Part shown: positions 26,588-41,944 of the stretch, in pieces
Numbering within the stretch: position 1 is the first letter of the stretch
Layout of the letters: each line of letters opens with the position of its first letter
Source: Antedon mediterranea
Taxonomy: Eukaryota > Animalia > Echinodermata
Direction of reading: 5' to 3'
Assembly: GCF_964355755.1 (NCBI RefSeq)
Contig: NC_092671.1
Span: 7,998,001-8,062,000 of the forward strand
DNA length: 64,000 bases
Made by a program: the position numbers and the translations under genes
The notes under the pieces: model-generated
Database searches by the model: none
The model's input: only the letters and a program-made list of their open reading frames with translations
What the model was told of the DNA's origin: nothing

Positions 26588-29500
26588 ATTAGAAGAGGAG
26601 GAGGGGGAGGGTTGTATCTTCCCTTCCATATTCATGTTGTATAACTATGATATACCGTCAAAGTCAGACCTCTTTCATATGAAGGTAAATCCACATGCAA
26701 CGAGGAATTTGTCGTAGACCTATTGTCTGCGTTTTGCATTATTCTATGTGTTCGAGAAGAAAAAACAATCAATGGTAATATTAGGTCCATATTTGTGGAA
26801 GTGGAATTTAAATTGGATAAAGTATCAATTATATTGAAATAACAACACACTGTTTGTAATATTTTATTTTGTTCAAAAAACACTATTTATGTACGAAATG
26901 TTTGAAAGAATAATCATAATTCTGAGAATGTCATTCAGCATTCGTTTTTAATTGTTTATGTCCATAGTTTAATACATGGCATATGCCTATACATTTAAAT
27001 ATTTATTCCTGACAAATTATATTGCCTATTTATTTTTTAAGACATTACTTTTTACGAAAATTAATAGTTTATTTATAAAATCATTAGGAGCATTGTTTGT
27101 AACGAATTATTTTATAATGTATCCCCTTTTTTCAAATAAAGTAAGGTGACTAATACAGTCTTTGGTTTCATATTAAGAAGCTGTGATAAGTAATTTATTT
27201 GCTGTATCCAATTTTGAATATATGGTCTATCCTTTTTTTTATATTATTTCTTTTTCTATGTAGGCCTATCACCACCAGTATAATTAACTCGTCCCTGGTA
27301 TCACACAGAATGCGGGCGGTATTACTTCCATTCAATACATTACTGGGATTTTATGTTGTTCTACACCCTATACTTATGTGACAATTCCGATGAAATTCCT
27401 TCACTTAGTTTTGTTTCCATCTTATTGTGCTGCTGGATATTCGTAGTTTAATTATTGAACGTATTGGCGCGTAATTCATAATATAAATACTGTATATAAT
27501 ATCAGCATCATAAAGCTAAACAAACTAAACACTAATTTGTTCTTAATTAAAGACAGACATTTTATTTAAAATGAACAATATAATACACATAACGGTAAAT
27601 GATAGTCATGTCATGACATGTTTATTTATCAAACTACATACTTTGTCGTCATAATGATTTTTTTTTCAGGACACAAACTTTTCCGAAATGAAACGTTCAC
27701 TGAATTGATTGAAACATGTAGGCTATGTTACGCTCATTTCGCACAATTTATCATTTCGTTGCAACATGTGCTCATCGCTAAACTCATAAATCGAGTTAGT
27801 TCGACGATTAAATGAGTTAGATTATTGGGTATGTAATATTTTCTCTAAGAACTACTCTGCTTCTTTAAATTACGTTCTTAAAGTTATGTTCTAATAATAA
27901 TGCACTACACTAATCCCATCGCTCATACTAACGGTATCTCTATCCACAAATCCGATTATAGTCCAATGTTTGGTTATATATATTCAATTACGAATGATCT
28001 TTTAAAAGGTCGCTTTATGATAATTATTATATAAAATTGGAACATTTTAAAAAAATACCAAGAGGATATTTTACAAATGAACTTTAATGACTTGGTAATT
28101 AGCGGTACAATGAACATCTAATAAAAGCTAATTACAGAATGTATGTTAAGCGAAGACAAATTTCAGTGAAGATGCACTTTTCTGTCTGGCTACTTGTCAA
28201 TTTATTGGCATAGCTTTTACATTTTCATTGATTAACTTATTTAGATTAAGAAGTTTGGAAATTGAAGATAAGATTGGTACTTGTGAAATTAGTGGTGGCG
28301 GTGTTATTTCTCATGAGAGTTAAATTTTACGTAGAGATGTGTACTTGCCCGACTCGTGTACGACTGACATTTACTAAAGGGCACATAGGCGTAAAAAGAT
28401 TTTAGAATAAATAAATTCTGACAAAAATATTTGTTTTATTGGAAATTTAAATCTGGTTCACAACTAAAGTACGTCTTTCACATTTTAAATTATAAATAGA
28501 AATAATCATCAGCTTAAAAAATTTCCAGAATGAATGTTTAAAATGATGACGCAATGAGAACAGGAAATAACGATGGACAAAACATTGTTTCGCCTGCTGT
28601 AAAATTCTCACTTATATGGTATACTATTACTCATGATATCAATGTTTATCATTCTTATTGCATTTTATATATCGGGATACATGACATAATTAGTTTAGAA
28701 ATATTTACACTACTCTTGTTATGATATCTATACTCAACAGAGAATATAAACGGAATTTTACAAGCTATTTCCTGTCTTACGACAGCCCACGGGCCCCTCT
28801 GAGCATTAGAGCATTTGGAAAAAAAAACGGCTCACATTAGCAAGCGTATATATTTGATCAATAAACTAGTAGAAATGACAGGCCCAATTAGACGCTCGTA
28901 TGCTTCTTGCTAGCGCTTACAACCATTAGACGAAGTAAGCGGGAAGCGTCCTTAATCCTTTGCGAGAAAGATTTGAACAACCGGCACGAAGTTAAAACAC
29001 ATAAATTATTCCCAAACCACCGAAACTACATGCCGTGAAGTGTGCCATTTACTCACATCATTAATTTTTGTTTTCTGATTTTTTGTTTCTGGCTTTTAAG
29101 GTCTTGTGTCAGAGTGTTAGTATGAACCAGTGATCGAAGATTCGAACGACTTTATTATAACAAGCCGCTAACATACTTTGTAATGTTATTGGACGTAAAT
29201 AATTACATTACATGTGTGAGAAATAATATTTCATGATGGTCTGAATTAAGAACTCGTTAGAGCTTCAACACATAAAGACAATCGCAACGTGAACTCGGTT
29301 ACCTGTGTTAATTATGTGTGCTTGAAACAGAAATAAAATGATGAATATTGTTAGCTTTAGCCAATAAAATAATTCTATACCAATGGCATTGTAATAAATA
29401 CACCAGTTTATAATAAAAAATAAAATATATTTTAACTTGATATAATGCACGCCTAAGCCCTAGGGTAACATTTTTAAAGATTATTCTAATAATAAATAAA

Positions 29501-30785
29501 CCTGAAATAATATAGAAATTATTAAAAAAAACAAGAATTTATTTTGTTTGTGTATATTTAGGCCTATTTTTACAATCCATGTGTATAATTATTATCATTT
29601 TTATAGTTTTTCTCCCCTTCTGAAACAAGTTTAGAGCATATGCTTTTCCATATCCCCCAATTTTTTTTATTTACTCATTTCTTATTTTTACTTATTAATG
29701 CGTCTGTTATTTGATTGACCATGGCTTATTTTATGGAGCGCAATAATTACCATACAATATACAATGAAACAATCAGTACAATCAATAATCAATCATGGAT
29801 AATAATGATGGATGGATCAATGGTGAAAAGATAAGGTACACCAATGTATTTGTTTATAATATTTTATTACCAATAATCAATAGAATTTAAATAATGTTTA
29901 TATACGGCTTGCTAATAGCAATTCAACAGAATGTTCGCTATCAATATTAACATTTATTTGTAATACGTCAGTTATACCGTTTTGGGTGATGGAAATATCC
30001 TGATGCAATGCATTTCGTAAGGTATAATTATTAGGTTTATACATAATGGCTTTACATGTTCATGGGCATGTAACAATGTATCGCAGTAAGTTAATAAGCT
30101 ATGTAGACGACATTTTTAAGGCAATAAATCAATGTTCTATGCTAGACTGTACAACTAAACCTCAATTCATTTATATTTTATGGACGCAGCATTAAGACGC
30201 AAGACTGTTTTAGTTACATGTTTGCATATTCTTAGCTTGTGAAACATAGCATTAAACTTTGTACTTGTATTAGTATAGTGTTTTTATCATATCATTATGT
30301 TATTTATTAAAAATCACACAGGCCTACTAAAAGAACACATTATCATTTTAGTTTTTAAAATATTTTATCTACGCAAGATTGTTTGAAGGTTTTCATGGTG
30401 AAAAAATGATCGACAGCTCTAATAGAATTTTATAGAATTTTACAGTGGTGTATCGCAAACGTGATTTCAATTAATAAAACATTCATAAATAACGGTATCT
30501 GGTTTCTACAATTATCAACTATAGGCCTAAGAATAAAATGATTATACTGTATTAATATAAATTGTATAATTTATATTTTGCAAAATGTGCCCAATGAAAT
30601 TAATGATTGATTGAATAGAAAGAAAATAAGAAATGAATCCATACATCAATACAAATTTTAATATTTTTCATAAAATTTTAATTTATTTATTTATTTTTAA
30701 AATTAATGTTAATGTCATTAATGTTTTTTAACAAGCATACTTTACGAGAGCAAGACCATTACCATTTGGCGTCCCGTAGATGTTC

Positions 30786-30837
30786 TAAAATCCATTCGAC
30801 AATTCATAGAATATTAAAATCCATTCGACAATTCATA
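30786..30837. repeat. Short tandem duplication (23-bp unit, 29-bp period)
   Basis: TAAAATCCATTCGACAATTCATA occurs twice. Confidence 0.9.
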
Positions 30838-30884
30838 TTTATTGTGTATATACCGTACTTGAGGAACGAAACATAGTGTGGTAA

Positions 30885-31320
30885 TAATATGATTATAGTA
30901 CAGTATCATTACCATTCTATTAACACCTGCATGTATCATAATCATTATCATAATTCTCTTAAATCATTATTATCTTCTCTACAGCCTTTGTCATTCACAA
31001 CTTATATTCATCTTCATAATTATAATCAATATAAATTGTCTTGCTCTTTAGGCCTATACATCCAACTGTTCATAGTTATCTTCACAATCAATATCTTCAG
31101 TAAATCAGTAATTATAGTCATACCATAATCAGTCTTATCATAATAATCATATTATTAATCATATTTACCATCATAATATTCGCCATCCTTATCAACATCA
31201 TCTTTTGGATGATCATCCTCCTCATCAGCGCTCTCATCTTTATAGTTTTGAGTACACTTTTATCACAATTACAATAGTCCTCGTTAACTCCTCCTCATTC
31301 ATCACATAAATCGTCAGCGA
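30885..31320. repeat. Degenerate (ATC/ATT)n low-complexity tract
   Basis: Dense atcat/tcatc/cataat triplet periodicity with strong G depletion. Confidence 0.7.
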
Positions 31321-34300
31321 CATGTTAGAATTGACAAACTATAAATATCATCCTTTAATTAAATAAAACATTTTGCTCCGATAAGAAAAACAAAATAATA
31401 CTGGTTTGAAATGACTATAACTAACGGTCATATTCTATGAAACTAAGACATTAAACAGCCATTATCAACTGTGTCTTAAACGTTATGATTAGATATTATT
31501 TTAAACTATGAATAAGCTATAAATAATAGCATTATAAAACCTATAACGTGTAATAACAATAATACAATATTAATTGTCATTCGTGTTTTAATAACATTAA
31601 CAACACAATTCTAGACAACTAAAAGTAATAACAATAAGGTAGCTTGTTATTAACGTTTCTAATATTACCTAAGGTGTCTGCTTATGCTATAATAACAATT
31701 ATTTTCCACAACAAAATGTGAAAGAAAACGGAATGCGCGACAAATTGTCCATGCATGGTTGGCGTCCCATAAACGGTACAAATTTCCCAATTTCTCTATT
31801 ATTAAGTATGGGTGTTAAAGTGTCTCTTAATGATCCAAAAAATAAAAAAATACTTATGACTTATGACCTATGTAACTATTACAATCCACAATTTCATAAC
31901 AAGTTAGACGTACATAATGGACCTTTATCTTCTTCATCAACGTCATAATCAGCATTAAATCAAAATTATAGAACTAAAAATAAAAATGTTGATGCATGAA
32001 AAAGGATCCCGTACACGATGTGTTTGGGCGCAGGACGCACGCGCGTGTCCAAGTATACGATAAATTGTGCCTATTGTACTCCTAATCTTATCAATGTATT
32101 AATGTCATTATGAAAGCTATCATATCAATCACCATCAAGCTAATCTTATAAAGGGGAATGTGTAAAGATGTAGATATTGCCTCAAACCTTTTCACCACTA
32201 ATTTGTCACATGGCGAAATTAATACCTTTGATATAATTTATTAGCTCTTAATGGTTCTTCCTGTCAAAAGCTGTGAAATTATTCATATAGAACAAACAAG
32301 CGTTCGTTTATTTATATATTTACTTAAATTATTTTAAAATCACAAACGTTATTATTAAACATGTTGTAAGCGCATGAAACATTTTTCTGGTTATTTTCAC
32401 GTTATTTAGTTCAATCTCATATTTGTACAATAATTAATTGTGTAGCATGTGTAAAATTTGATTATATTTTTATCTACAATTATTAAAAAAAAAAGATTAA
32501 AATTATTTCTTAATCCATGTGTACAGTTGTACAGTATTATAAAAATTACAATCGCATAATTATAATTATAACTACCATTTCATCTGAAAGATACATTTGA
32601 AGGCATTTAACCAAAGCATTATTGCGTAACGAATTGTAGGCCTATATTTATAGTTGTAATAACTACCGGTAATAATAAAAAAAAGCAGGTGCGGTAATTT
32701 AACAGCGCCCCCATGGTCTTAAGTTGCACATAAAAAGCAACGATCTTTAGACACACAAACATCGTTAAATTGTACCATTTCAAAAGAATATTTTTTTATG
32801 TATAAATGTGAGCTTTTACTCAATTTAATTAAATATTGATACGGTAAGAAGGAAGCATCTTCACTAGTGTAAATACCACTATCAAGAATAAGTGTTAATG
32901 TGTCATAAAAAACGCAGCCTAATTTATGAATAGTACTTTATGGTATTCGTCATCTCAAACAATAATTAAATTCCAAATGAATGGAAATATGGATAGAATA
33001 ATACTAAATTGAAATTTATCTATACAACGTAAAAATGCAAAGAAATATTTTTAGACAAACGTAGAACAAAGAACTTTACATTATCAAGGTGAGATTCAGG
33101 ACTAAAAAATCAAATCAGACAGTTCCAGATATTAAGATGACAGAGATATGACTAATTTCTTGTAGCTACTTAATTGGGCTCTAAGGAATTGGTGGCGCCA
33201 ATACCGAGAGCAACTCTTTTTCTGATTTGACACAGAAATCCAGGAACTAAGTGCCGAGTAATTCCGTTAAGCATATGCCCGAAATGCCTAATATAAAACA
33301 TTGACCAATCAGGAGCATCCTGACCCAAGTTTGCGTCACCTCTGACTGATTCCAAATTTGCCACGGCGCCCTCTAACAATATTCAACTTTAGCCATCCGC
33401 ACAACAAAAAATACATTTTACAGGAAACCGTTCAGAAATATACGTTGGAAGCACACTCGTCCGACCGAATCTAGGCCTACATGAAAAAACAAAAAATAAA
33501 GACGTAAAAGCTATGTAGTATAGCATAATTCTAGGATAAAATTATGGACTTAAACATTACCACAATTAAGCTATAATGTTAACCTTCTTATTCATGGAAT
33601 TATTATAACAACAACAATCAAATCCGCCAATTCGTTCATTATTTTAAATCAAGTAATTCCTCTATGGTTCAAGTAAAACAACAAAACAAGTTATTTTCTA
33701 TGGTAAACTTAAAACTTATAATGATGTATGTTTAAAATGCATTATTAATTAATCAATTAATAAACAAAATTGCATGAAAATTAAACTTTATTGGGTGGTT
33801 GCTCCTTATTTATTTTTTAGAGAGAAACAGACAAGTTCATGTGACAACAATAGAATAATACAAGTCACTCTACCTATTATACTCTGTCGGAATAAACTAT
33901 ACCAATTTTCTAGTTTTATTTCCCTTTGTTTTAATTTAAAAATACTGTTAGGCCTTGTTATCATTTTATTCTATATTTTATATTCAAACATTTCATTTTC
34001 AATAATTAAATTGCACGCATTGATATACTCCTAACAAGTCAAAGCAATTCACAAAAGGGTAAACGCGGATTTGTCTTTTTTTTTCTAAACAAAAAGGCCT
34101 ACGGAATAAATTTTAACTTTCTGAACCATAGAGTTCATCCGCTCTCTATACTGCTGCCATATTGTACTTCTCTTTTATATACGAGTAATTTAACGAGATA
34201 TATAGTAATTTACATATTGTATTGAATTAGTGAGTAATGTATTTAAATAGACTGAATTACTCAATCTGTTTACCTAGTCTGCCAATATGTTGAAACACAC

Positions 34301-36061
34301 CGAGATATAAGAACAGAATATATTCGGTGTGTTTAAATTCTCTCGGGGATGTATCCATTTCAGTGGAGCCAGTTGTAATTACCTCATCACAAATATAAAA
34401 TTAGTTTCATTTCTGATGCGATGACAAAAACCCTAATAGGTTGCGCCCCAAGGCCCTTGAAAGATAAACGGAACACACGCGGGCACGGTTGGTTAACTCC
34501 CCGTAACAACCGAGTATATATATCTAAATGACTTGTTCGGCCTACGGGACACACATTGTGTATTATCACCCCAAGCTTAAAATGTGTGTAAAATAAATCA
34601 AAGCAGAGAGATAAATTATAAAATTTCTTAAACAATATGGAGTTTATAACATGATTGACTACACTACTATTTTGACAAATTTCTTTTTGTTTGTTTATTA
34701 TGCCTAGAATGATATACCTTTCGATTGGTATAGACTACGGTATTCAATATAAACAATGACACTGCAAACGTGCCGACCTGTCTAAAGGAATTTTGCTACA
34801 ATAAACGGAATTTAGGTCTGAATAGAGCGATATTTTATTGTTTTTCAATTCAACCGTTGAAGACAGATATATAGCCGGTATACCGACAGCAAGGTGACCG
34901 ACTAATAATAAATAAAAAATGATTAATCTGGTGTATTATATTTATCCTCTTTTAAAATGTAAATATAAATTACTGTATTAACAAAAATCGATGATGCTAA
35001 TCTATACATTTTCAAAAGTTTAAAAGAAATGGTATTTTGAAGGCATATATTATAATATTGAAAATGATACTCATTCAGAAAATATCACACCATCATACTG
35101 TTATCTATCGGTATCAGGTCTAATTTAAATCTATTTTCAAAAATAATGTACCAGTTTACTCCAGTAACCGGTGAACGGTACTATTATGAAATAATTATAC
35201 TGCTTGAAATCATCATTTATCTATCAATAATTTAATAAACAAAAATAATATTAAAAGTTACGCTGTATGGGTAAGTATTTGTTATTATTAAACGCATTAT
35301 AGTATGCGTAAGGCTTGGCCTATACTATAACATTTCATTATATATTAGTGTTAATTTCATAACTATAATTATATCCTAATTATCGTTATTAATGTAGAAT
35401 ATTTAAAAAATAACATGCGATACTATTGATGCAGTCGATGAAATACTGACGTATTGAAAACACCGTGTAAATTATCCACTGCACTGTCGCCTTCGTAGCC
35501 GTCTTAAACAATCAGAAAGAACATAAGTTAGGGCTAACACTTATCATACTTTCTTTAATTCAGAAAAAGTTTATTTACGATCACGTCTCTTTATATCTAG
35601 TAATATTATTTAATCAACTGTATTTTTAAAAGTTTATTTACGTTCCGAATTATGGTATACCGCAACTTAATTTGAGTGGAATGTTGTTACCGATCATGAG
35701 TATATGCACGTTATGAGGTATAGCTTCAATGTTGGCTAGGCTTAGGCCTAGACATATTTAATAATGAAATAAGATAAATGAAATAGATGAAATAATAACA
35801 ATGATATATGAGTAATCAATCAGTTGTTGTTTATTTAATAATGTTAATGCATAAACCGATATAAAATCAAATAATCATTTTTAAATAATTCTATTTCCAA
35901 AGAACACCATGTTTACTTTTGTACCGTAGCGTATTGAAAAAAGTTCTACAAAATTAACCCGATAGGCCTAGCATGAACTATCTTGTTTCCTTATAATAAA
36001 GTTATAATGTACGCATAATTCTTATTACACGCAGTTATAGTTTGATAATGACATCATTTCG

Positions 36062-36083
36062 AAAAAAAAAAAAAAAAAAAAAA
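36062..36083. repeat. Poly(A) tract, 22 nt
   Basis: Directly visible. Confidence 0.95.
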
Positions 36084-38318
36084 TTAGCTCAGTGAATAAG
36101 TTTACAATTTTAATTAATTAAGAATTTAATTAACTTATTCGTGTATTGATTATTATATGATAAGACAAGTATAGTTTTCGCCGTACATGCATCGTTCATC
36201 GAGGCCCCGGTATAACCGATTGCTTGACTTGCATACTGAGTGTTGTATATACAGTACATAACTAAATGATAACGATCTTCTTTCGCTGGTTTTAATAAGA
36301 CGCTGGCCTACGTGCAGTGAAGTGGCTAATTACCCGTGTATTCAATTTAGAAACACACACACAGATGGGTGAAGTTGGGGAGTAAGAACCAATACTATTT
36401 AAATCAAAAAACGTTTCGTTTCGTTTTGTTTTTTCTACATGTTATTCAAATCGTTTCTGTTAAAATGCTAAATTCTGCAAGTTCGACCAAAATATAATGC
36501 AAGTCATTATAAAATAAACAACTAAGACAAAGGAGCTATAGTAAATAATCATTATTTACTATAACTTCTACGTCTTAGTTTAAACATTGTGTATGAACAT
36601 TTTCTATAGATTTTTTAAATAGAAATTATATACAATTCTTTCTTTAAGTATTCCGCGTATAACAATGTGTTATGCGACGCGACCACCGCGGATTATTTTA
36701 AAAGCACTCTAAATTTTTCAAAAATATATTTTTGAAACAAGCGTGTCTCAAAAGTAACACCATTTTACACGGTGCGGTAAAATATTTAACAACACAAAAC
36801 GTAATATATTATTCCGCGTAGTAGCTCCGCGTTACACAAGCGCTCGGTGTAAAGTGTAAATTACGCTAGTATATATTCGATTTCACGTACAACAAGCGTT
36901 TCAGTATTGAAAGTAACCGTATAAAATAACAGAACATTTTACGACTAAATATTAAACGGATACTAAACATTTTAGATATTATTAATTACGATTACAAAAA
37001 CTACTTTCTAATTGAAACTAAATTATAGGTTCTAAAACCCTCACCATGATAGCGGAAAATGTCTGCCGAGAATCCAACAACAATCCAATACAACATGTCT
37101 GTCCTGAAAGACGAACAAACTAACGGTATATGTCTAGTAAAATTCCAAGTACGAAATATTCATAAGATTTCTGTAAATAGTATTTATAGTGAAGCGTTTA
37201 TAGGTATCGTATCTTATCCAAAGGCCAAAACTAAAGTGTCCTGACTAAGCAGTTAAACGCATATTTCAAAGGGCAAATTGCATTTTGGAGGTTTAATACT
37301 ACAGATCATAATTTTACGGCCCATTCAATTGGTTCTTCCAAAATTCCAATTTTCAGTAACCGTCCGAAACTACCGCCAATTCGCCTGCTAATGACGGTGC
37401 TAAAGAAGACTAGCGCGCATAAATGTCTCACTTTACGACTCATTATAGAAAATTTAAGAGCTGATATCAAGTGAGCTAGATGGAATAACATGAGGTAATG
37501 TGTAACTCAAAACTGCAACACTGGGAATTGGTTTAGAAAATCTTTAACTGCAATTCTTCTTCTACGACATCGCAGTTTGAGATATGGGACTAAATATAAT
37601 TGGAACATTAATCTGAGCCACAGGCGATAAATTAATTTGGGGATCACGAATAGATTACATTATCTCTAAGCCAATGATGGTGCCATATTAGCTTGTAATG
37701 CCGTGGAATTCGTAGACAGATGGAAAGTTAAAATTCAACATTCGGTGGACCATTTACGACGACGAAACATTAGCGATCAGACATGAAACTGCTGTAATTA
37801 TATGAATTCAACATTTCATTACGAACGATTGTGTCTGTTGCAATAATTTTAAGATTTTACTCAAGGAAACGTTGCCAAGGCAATATAAAACAAAATTAGA
37901 CTATAAACCATGTAAAAACCTGATTTTTACTAAAAGCTTTTACTAAAATTTAGAGTGACAGAATTGGGGAAGGGAAAAATGTGTGTGACAATTATTATGA
38001 AGTATGTCGCGCCTATACAATAAAAAATAATGACAATTTTGTGATGATGGACACACTAATGGACATATGACATAATAGTAGTTGCAATTGATTGTATTTA
38101 TAAAAAGATAGTGCACATCATCGCAGTAACTCTTTTGGTGCGCAAATGTACTTAAACACAATTGGTATGCCTTTTTCTACTATTGTAATTTTTACGGAGA
38201 TAAAGACTATACTAAGAATTATATGAACTATTTAGTATACTCTTAGTTTTAGCGAGTACGGTAACCTATATTTTATACACAAACTTATAAAGCATTGCAG
38301 AATATTTATCTTATTTAA

Positions 38319-38620
38319 AGATGTATTGTCTCCCAAAAACATGAAAAATGAAGATTAATTAAATCAGACTTTGAATATGTTATTTGTAATTTTAATAAGG
38401 TTAATCACTTCAGTCCAAAAAAAAAAATTAAAAAAAAAATGTTTTCACTTATAAAATGGTTAAATTCAACCGAAACCCATTGACTGGCAGCCAATTTGAC
38501 CCTTTTTTGTTTTAAATTACAGTTTTTTTCAGGTAAATACATTTTTTTCTGATCCAATTTCTGGTCAAAATGGGTAACTATTATGTTACATTAAAATAGC
38601 ATATTTAACAAAAATGTTAT
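38319..38620. mobile_element. Family B copy, opposite orientation to the 60405 copy, one TIR lost
   Basis: TTAA|AGATGTATTGTCTCCCAAAAACATGAAAAATGAAGATTAA...GTTAATCACTTCA...TGTTTTCACTTATAAAAT...CTGGCAGCCAAT...GATCCAATTT aligns to the reverse complement of 60450-60753. Confidence 0.8.
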
Positions 38621-41011
38621 CAATGTGGATTTTAAGACATTGACATTTTCACGTTTAAGTTCACTATCCTCGGCTTTTAATGTCGAACCACGCGAGGGCG
38701 CTCGAAAATTTGAATTTTGAAACGCTACAACAAGGATATGAATAAATGCAATACTTTTGGCAAGACATTTCTGATTATTATGCATCGTGAAATTAGAAAA
38801 ATCACCTTATAAACTTGTCGGTAGCTTTTATTTTCTAGCCCCATGGGACGACGCTCAATGGAATGGATAATAACATAATCTTACGACTAATATCGTTTTG
38901 AATAACAAAAAAATACGGATGTTGTTTTTCAGTCTTCGGATTGTGTTTTCCATATTGAAGACAACAGATTTAAGTACATGCTTGCATTAAGATATCTCAG
39001 GTTGCAGCAAATATAACATCTGACGTATAGGCCATTTCAACATTACTAATTCACTCTGGTTCAAAATATTCATAACAATTATAAAACAATGTGAAGTTGA
39101 ATAATATAAATAAAACAATAATTATTCATGTACATTTAGTGAAATACAGCGTTTGTAGTCAACTGTGTAATTTATTATATTGTACCATGTTCATGAATAA
39201 AACATAAAATCCATAAAACACAGACGAAGAAAATTTTAACTGTAACCAACACTTGATAAGATGAAGTTTGAGAATTGGTTGTAATTATGGCAAGTAAACT
39301 ATGTTATGTATAGGTCTATTTGTTAACAATACAATTATTTTGTAAGCTAACATACGGTACAATAACAATGAACTTATCAAATATAATTCAATAAAATTCA
39401 TTTATCTGGCAAACATAATCTGATAGGCTAATGTAAAATGGACCAAGCTATAAGAGGCATGGCATTATTATATGCCTAGGTTGTTTTGTCGGATTTAAGG
39501 ACAGGAAATATATCTTTAAGTTGTAGGCCTATTATAAAACAATTAATTAAAACAATACCGAAATGATAATATTATTTGAAAACATAACACTTGTTCTTTT
39601 AATTAATAATACTAATATGTATGTTTTACCATCAAATTATGACTATATTCGTGTTGCCGAATGTAGTTAAAGCGGTAAAAAATATACATCATTACGTAAC
39701 ATTTACGATATAATATTCCGATTCGACCTCTTTTGCCACTCCTTGGCACACTCAAAATGTATGTGTTGTTTTAATGTTGCTAAAGTTAATAAAATAAATA
39801 AAATAAAATGTCTACCATTACTCTAAGTAGAAAACGTAATAGATACGCTACAATAAATAAATCATACATCTATACATTATTATCTCATGTTTACAACACA
39901 TTATAAGCCATGTTTAAATATAGGCCTACGTTAGTAATTATGAAATATTTTCAAGATGGTATATTACAGTATATGTATAATTATCAGAAAAACTAATAAT
40001 AGTAAAATCTAAATTCAATAATACGTTCTTTCGTATTAAAATGTTAATCGTAATTGTACCGTAGAGGGAGTATTACTACTCTAAATGTAAACAAAGACTT
40101 GATGGTGAAATATGATATCGAATATTTTGCATATGCTGCCATCTGACGACCATTCGGGATTTTTTAACATAGATTTGTAAACGCCCTCAACACGGCCGAA
40201 TGTATCAGACTAAAGATGAAAAAGATTTAAAAAAAAGAACTTTTGAAAAACTTAGGCCTCATGGATGTTTAGCCGGCTCATTAATTTGTCCATATTAAAT
40301 TTATACAAATCGGTTACAGTCGGGCAAATGTTGTATAGCGCTTGCTGTTATTTATAAGATGCACTTATATTTTTATACTTTTAATTTAGACTTTACTTAT
40401 ATTTATAAGAATAAGAATTCCAATGTGTGTCACAAAGTACGGTACGTGGTAAAATGATACAGAACAGCTAATCGAGCAATACTTGACCTCAGGTAGAACT
40501 TCTAAGGAATGATTGATTCATTGTAAATTACACGTACAAGCAAAATAAATATAAAATTTTATTTTAATTATTCATGTTAATTCTTTGTTATGAGTCCCAT
40601 TTCTTACTTGTAATATTATTCTCTTTCTTTATATATTGTTATTGGAAATGATTTTTAACTAATAAATGAATGATTTCTTAAAGATAACTGTAATAAACAC
40701 CAACAATATACAACAAATACAACATGCATGAAAAAAACCCGCAAAGTTGACAAATGCTTTTTTAAAGGCAATACTAATTTAGGGCCTATTCATTATGTAT
40801 CAGTGGACTATGTTGAAGTAACAAGAGTGACAGGTTACAGTGTTTGAAATTATCACATAATCTTTAGTTAAGATGTGTTGGTCTGCGTAAGAATTGTTTT
40901 CAACTAACAAACAGTAGAAACACACCCTCTGCTGGCACACCCGAACACTCCTAAGAAACACTTCCCGTGAAATTAACTAGATGAAATATAGTTATGTTTT
41001 AACACTATATT

Positions 41012-41082
41012 CAACCACTATTCAGGGGACACCTCTATTAAGGGGCACTTTTTGGGTCCCGAATGTGGCCCTTAAAATGAGT
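41012..41082. mobile_element. Fragment of a probable Tc1/pogo-type MITE (related fragment at ~45190-45250)
   Basis: Repeated CTATT(C/A)AGGGG(A)CAC module and GGTCCC..GTGGCCCTTAA. The TATTAAGGGG motif recurs at 45201. Family assignment is by recalled resemblance only. Confidence 0.4.
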
Positions 41083-41944
41083 CTATTTCTTTCATCATTG
41101 GAATTCCATACCATTGTGGCCTAGCTGGCTGTCTGATTGAATTCCAAATTAATTAATAACAAGATCAAAGCGGCAAAATGTTTACTATTTCTAAAACGAG
41201 ATATTTGATTGGCTATTATTTTGTTTTCAAGTTCCTGTAAGTTAGCAGTGATAAATGTAAAAAGCGATGTTGCCGAGTCAATTGAATGGTGTTAACCAAT
41301 TCCAATGAATAATTGTATTTATAATTAGCCCAATTAGTAAATTAATTCATAGTATAAATCTGTATATTGGCTGACAAGTAAGTTGATTGATGAGCCTGTT
41401 GAAGTAGATTGATCACTCATATAAGCCGATATCATAGATAGTTGAATGTTGGAAAATACAGACGGTAGATAGCCTACCGAAGTGTTTGTTTATTAAACTG
41501 AAATACTGGATAGTTAGGCCTACATAAAAACGACTGTAAACCCCGAAACGAGGGAGTTATGCAACAATAACTTCTAGTATGAATGTGAATAGAATATAGA
41601 AATATAGATTGCTTAAAAAACTTCATATGGCATGGTGGCATAACTATTCTGTCACCACCATTAGGTTATATCAATTAAAAGGTATAAATATAATACAGAA
41701 ACTTTTTCCGAGGTTGCAAAAGGGGTCTAATACCAATTATTTACCATTTTAGGACATAAAAATGCATAAAATTAACCGCGTGGATGATTTCCAAAAAACC
41801 ATGACACCCACGACATATACTTGTTATCAACTTTCATTCTTTGTCCTAATTGCCATTATTGAGAGGTATACAGTTCCAAACAGACTGAAGGGGTTTCTGT
41901 CTCAACAACATACAACATCTGGCTACAACACAGCTCTGTAATAG

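Noticed and set aside
30770-30790. CCCGTAGAT resembling the miR-100/miR-10 5' end
   Set aside because: The match stops after 9 nt and there is no hairpin. I found no miR-10 family gene in the window by eye.
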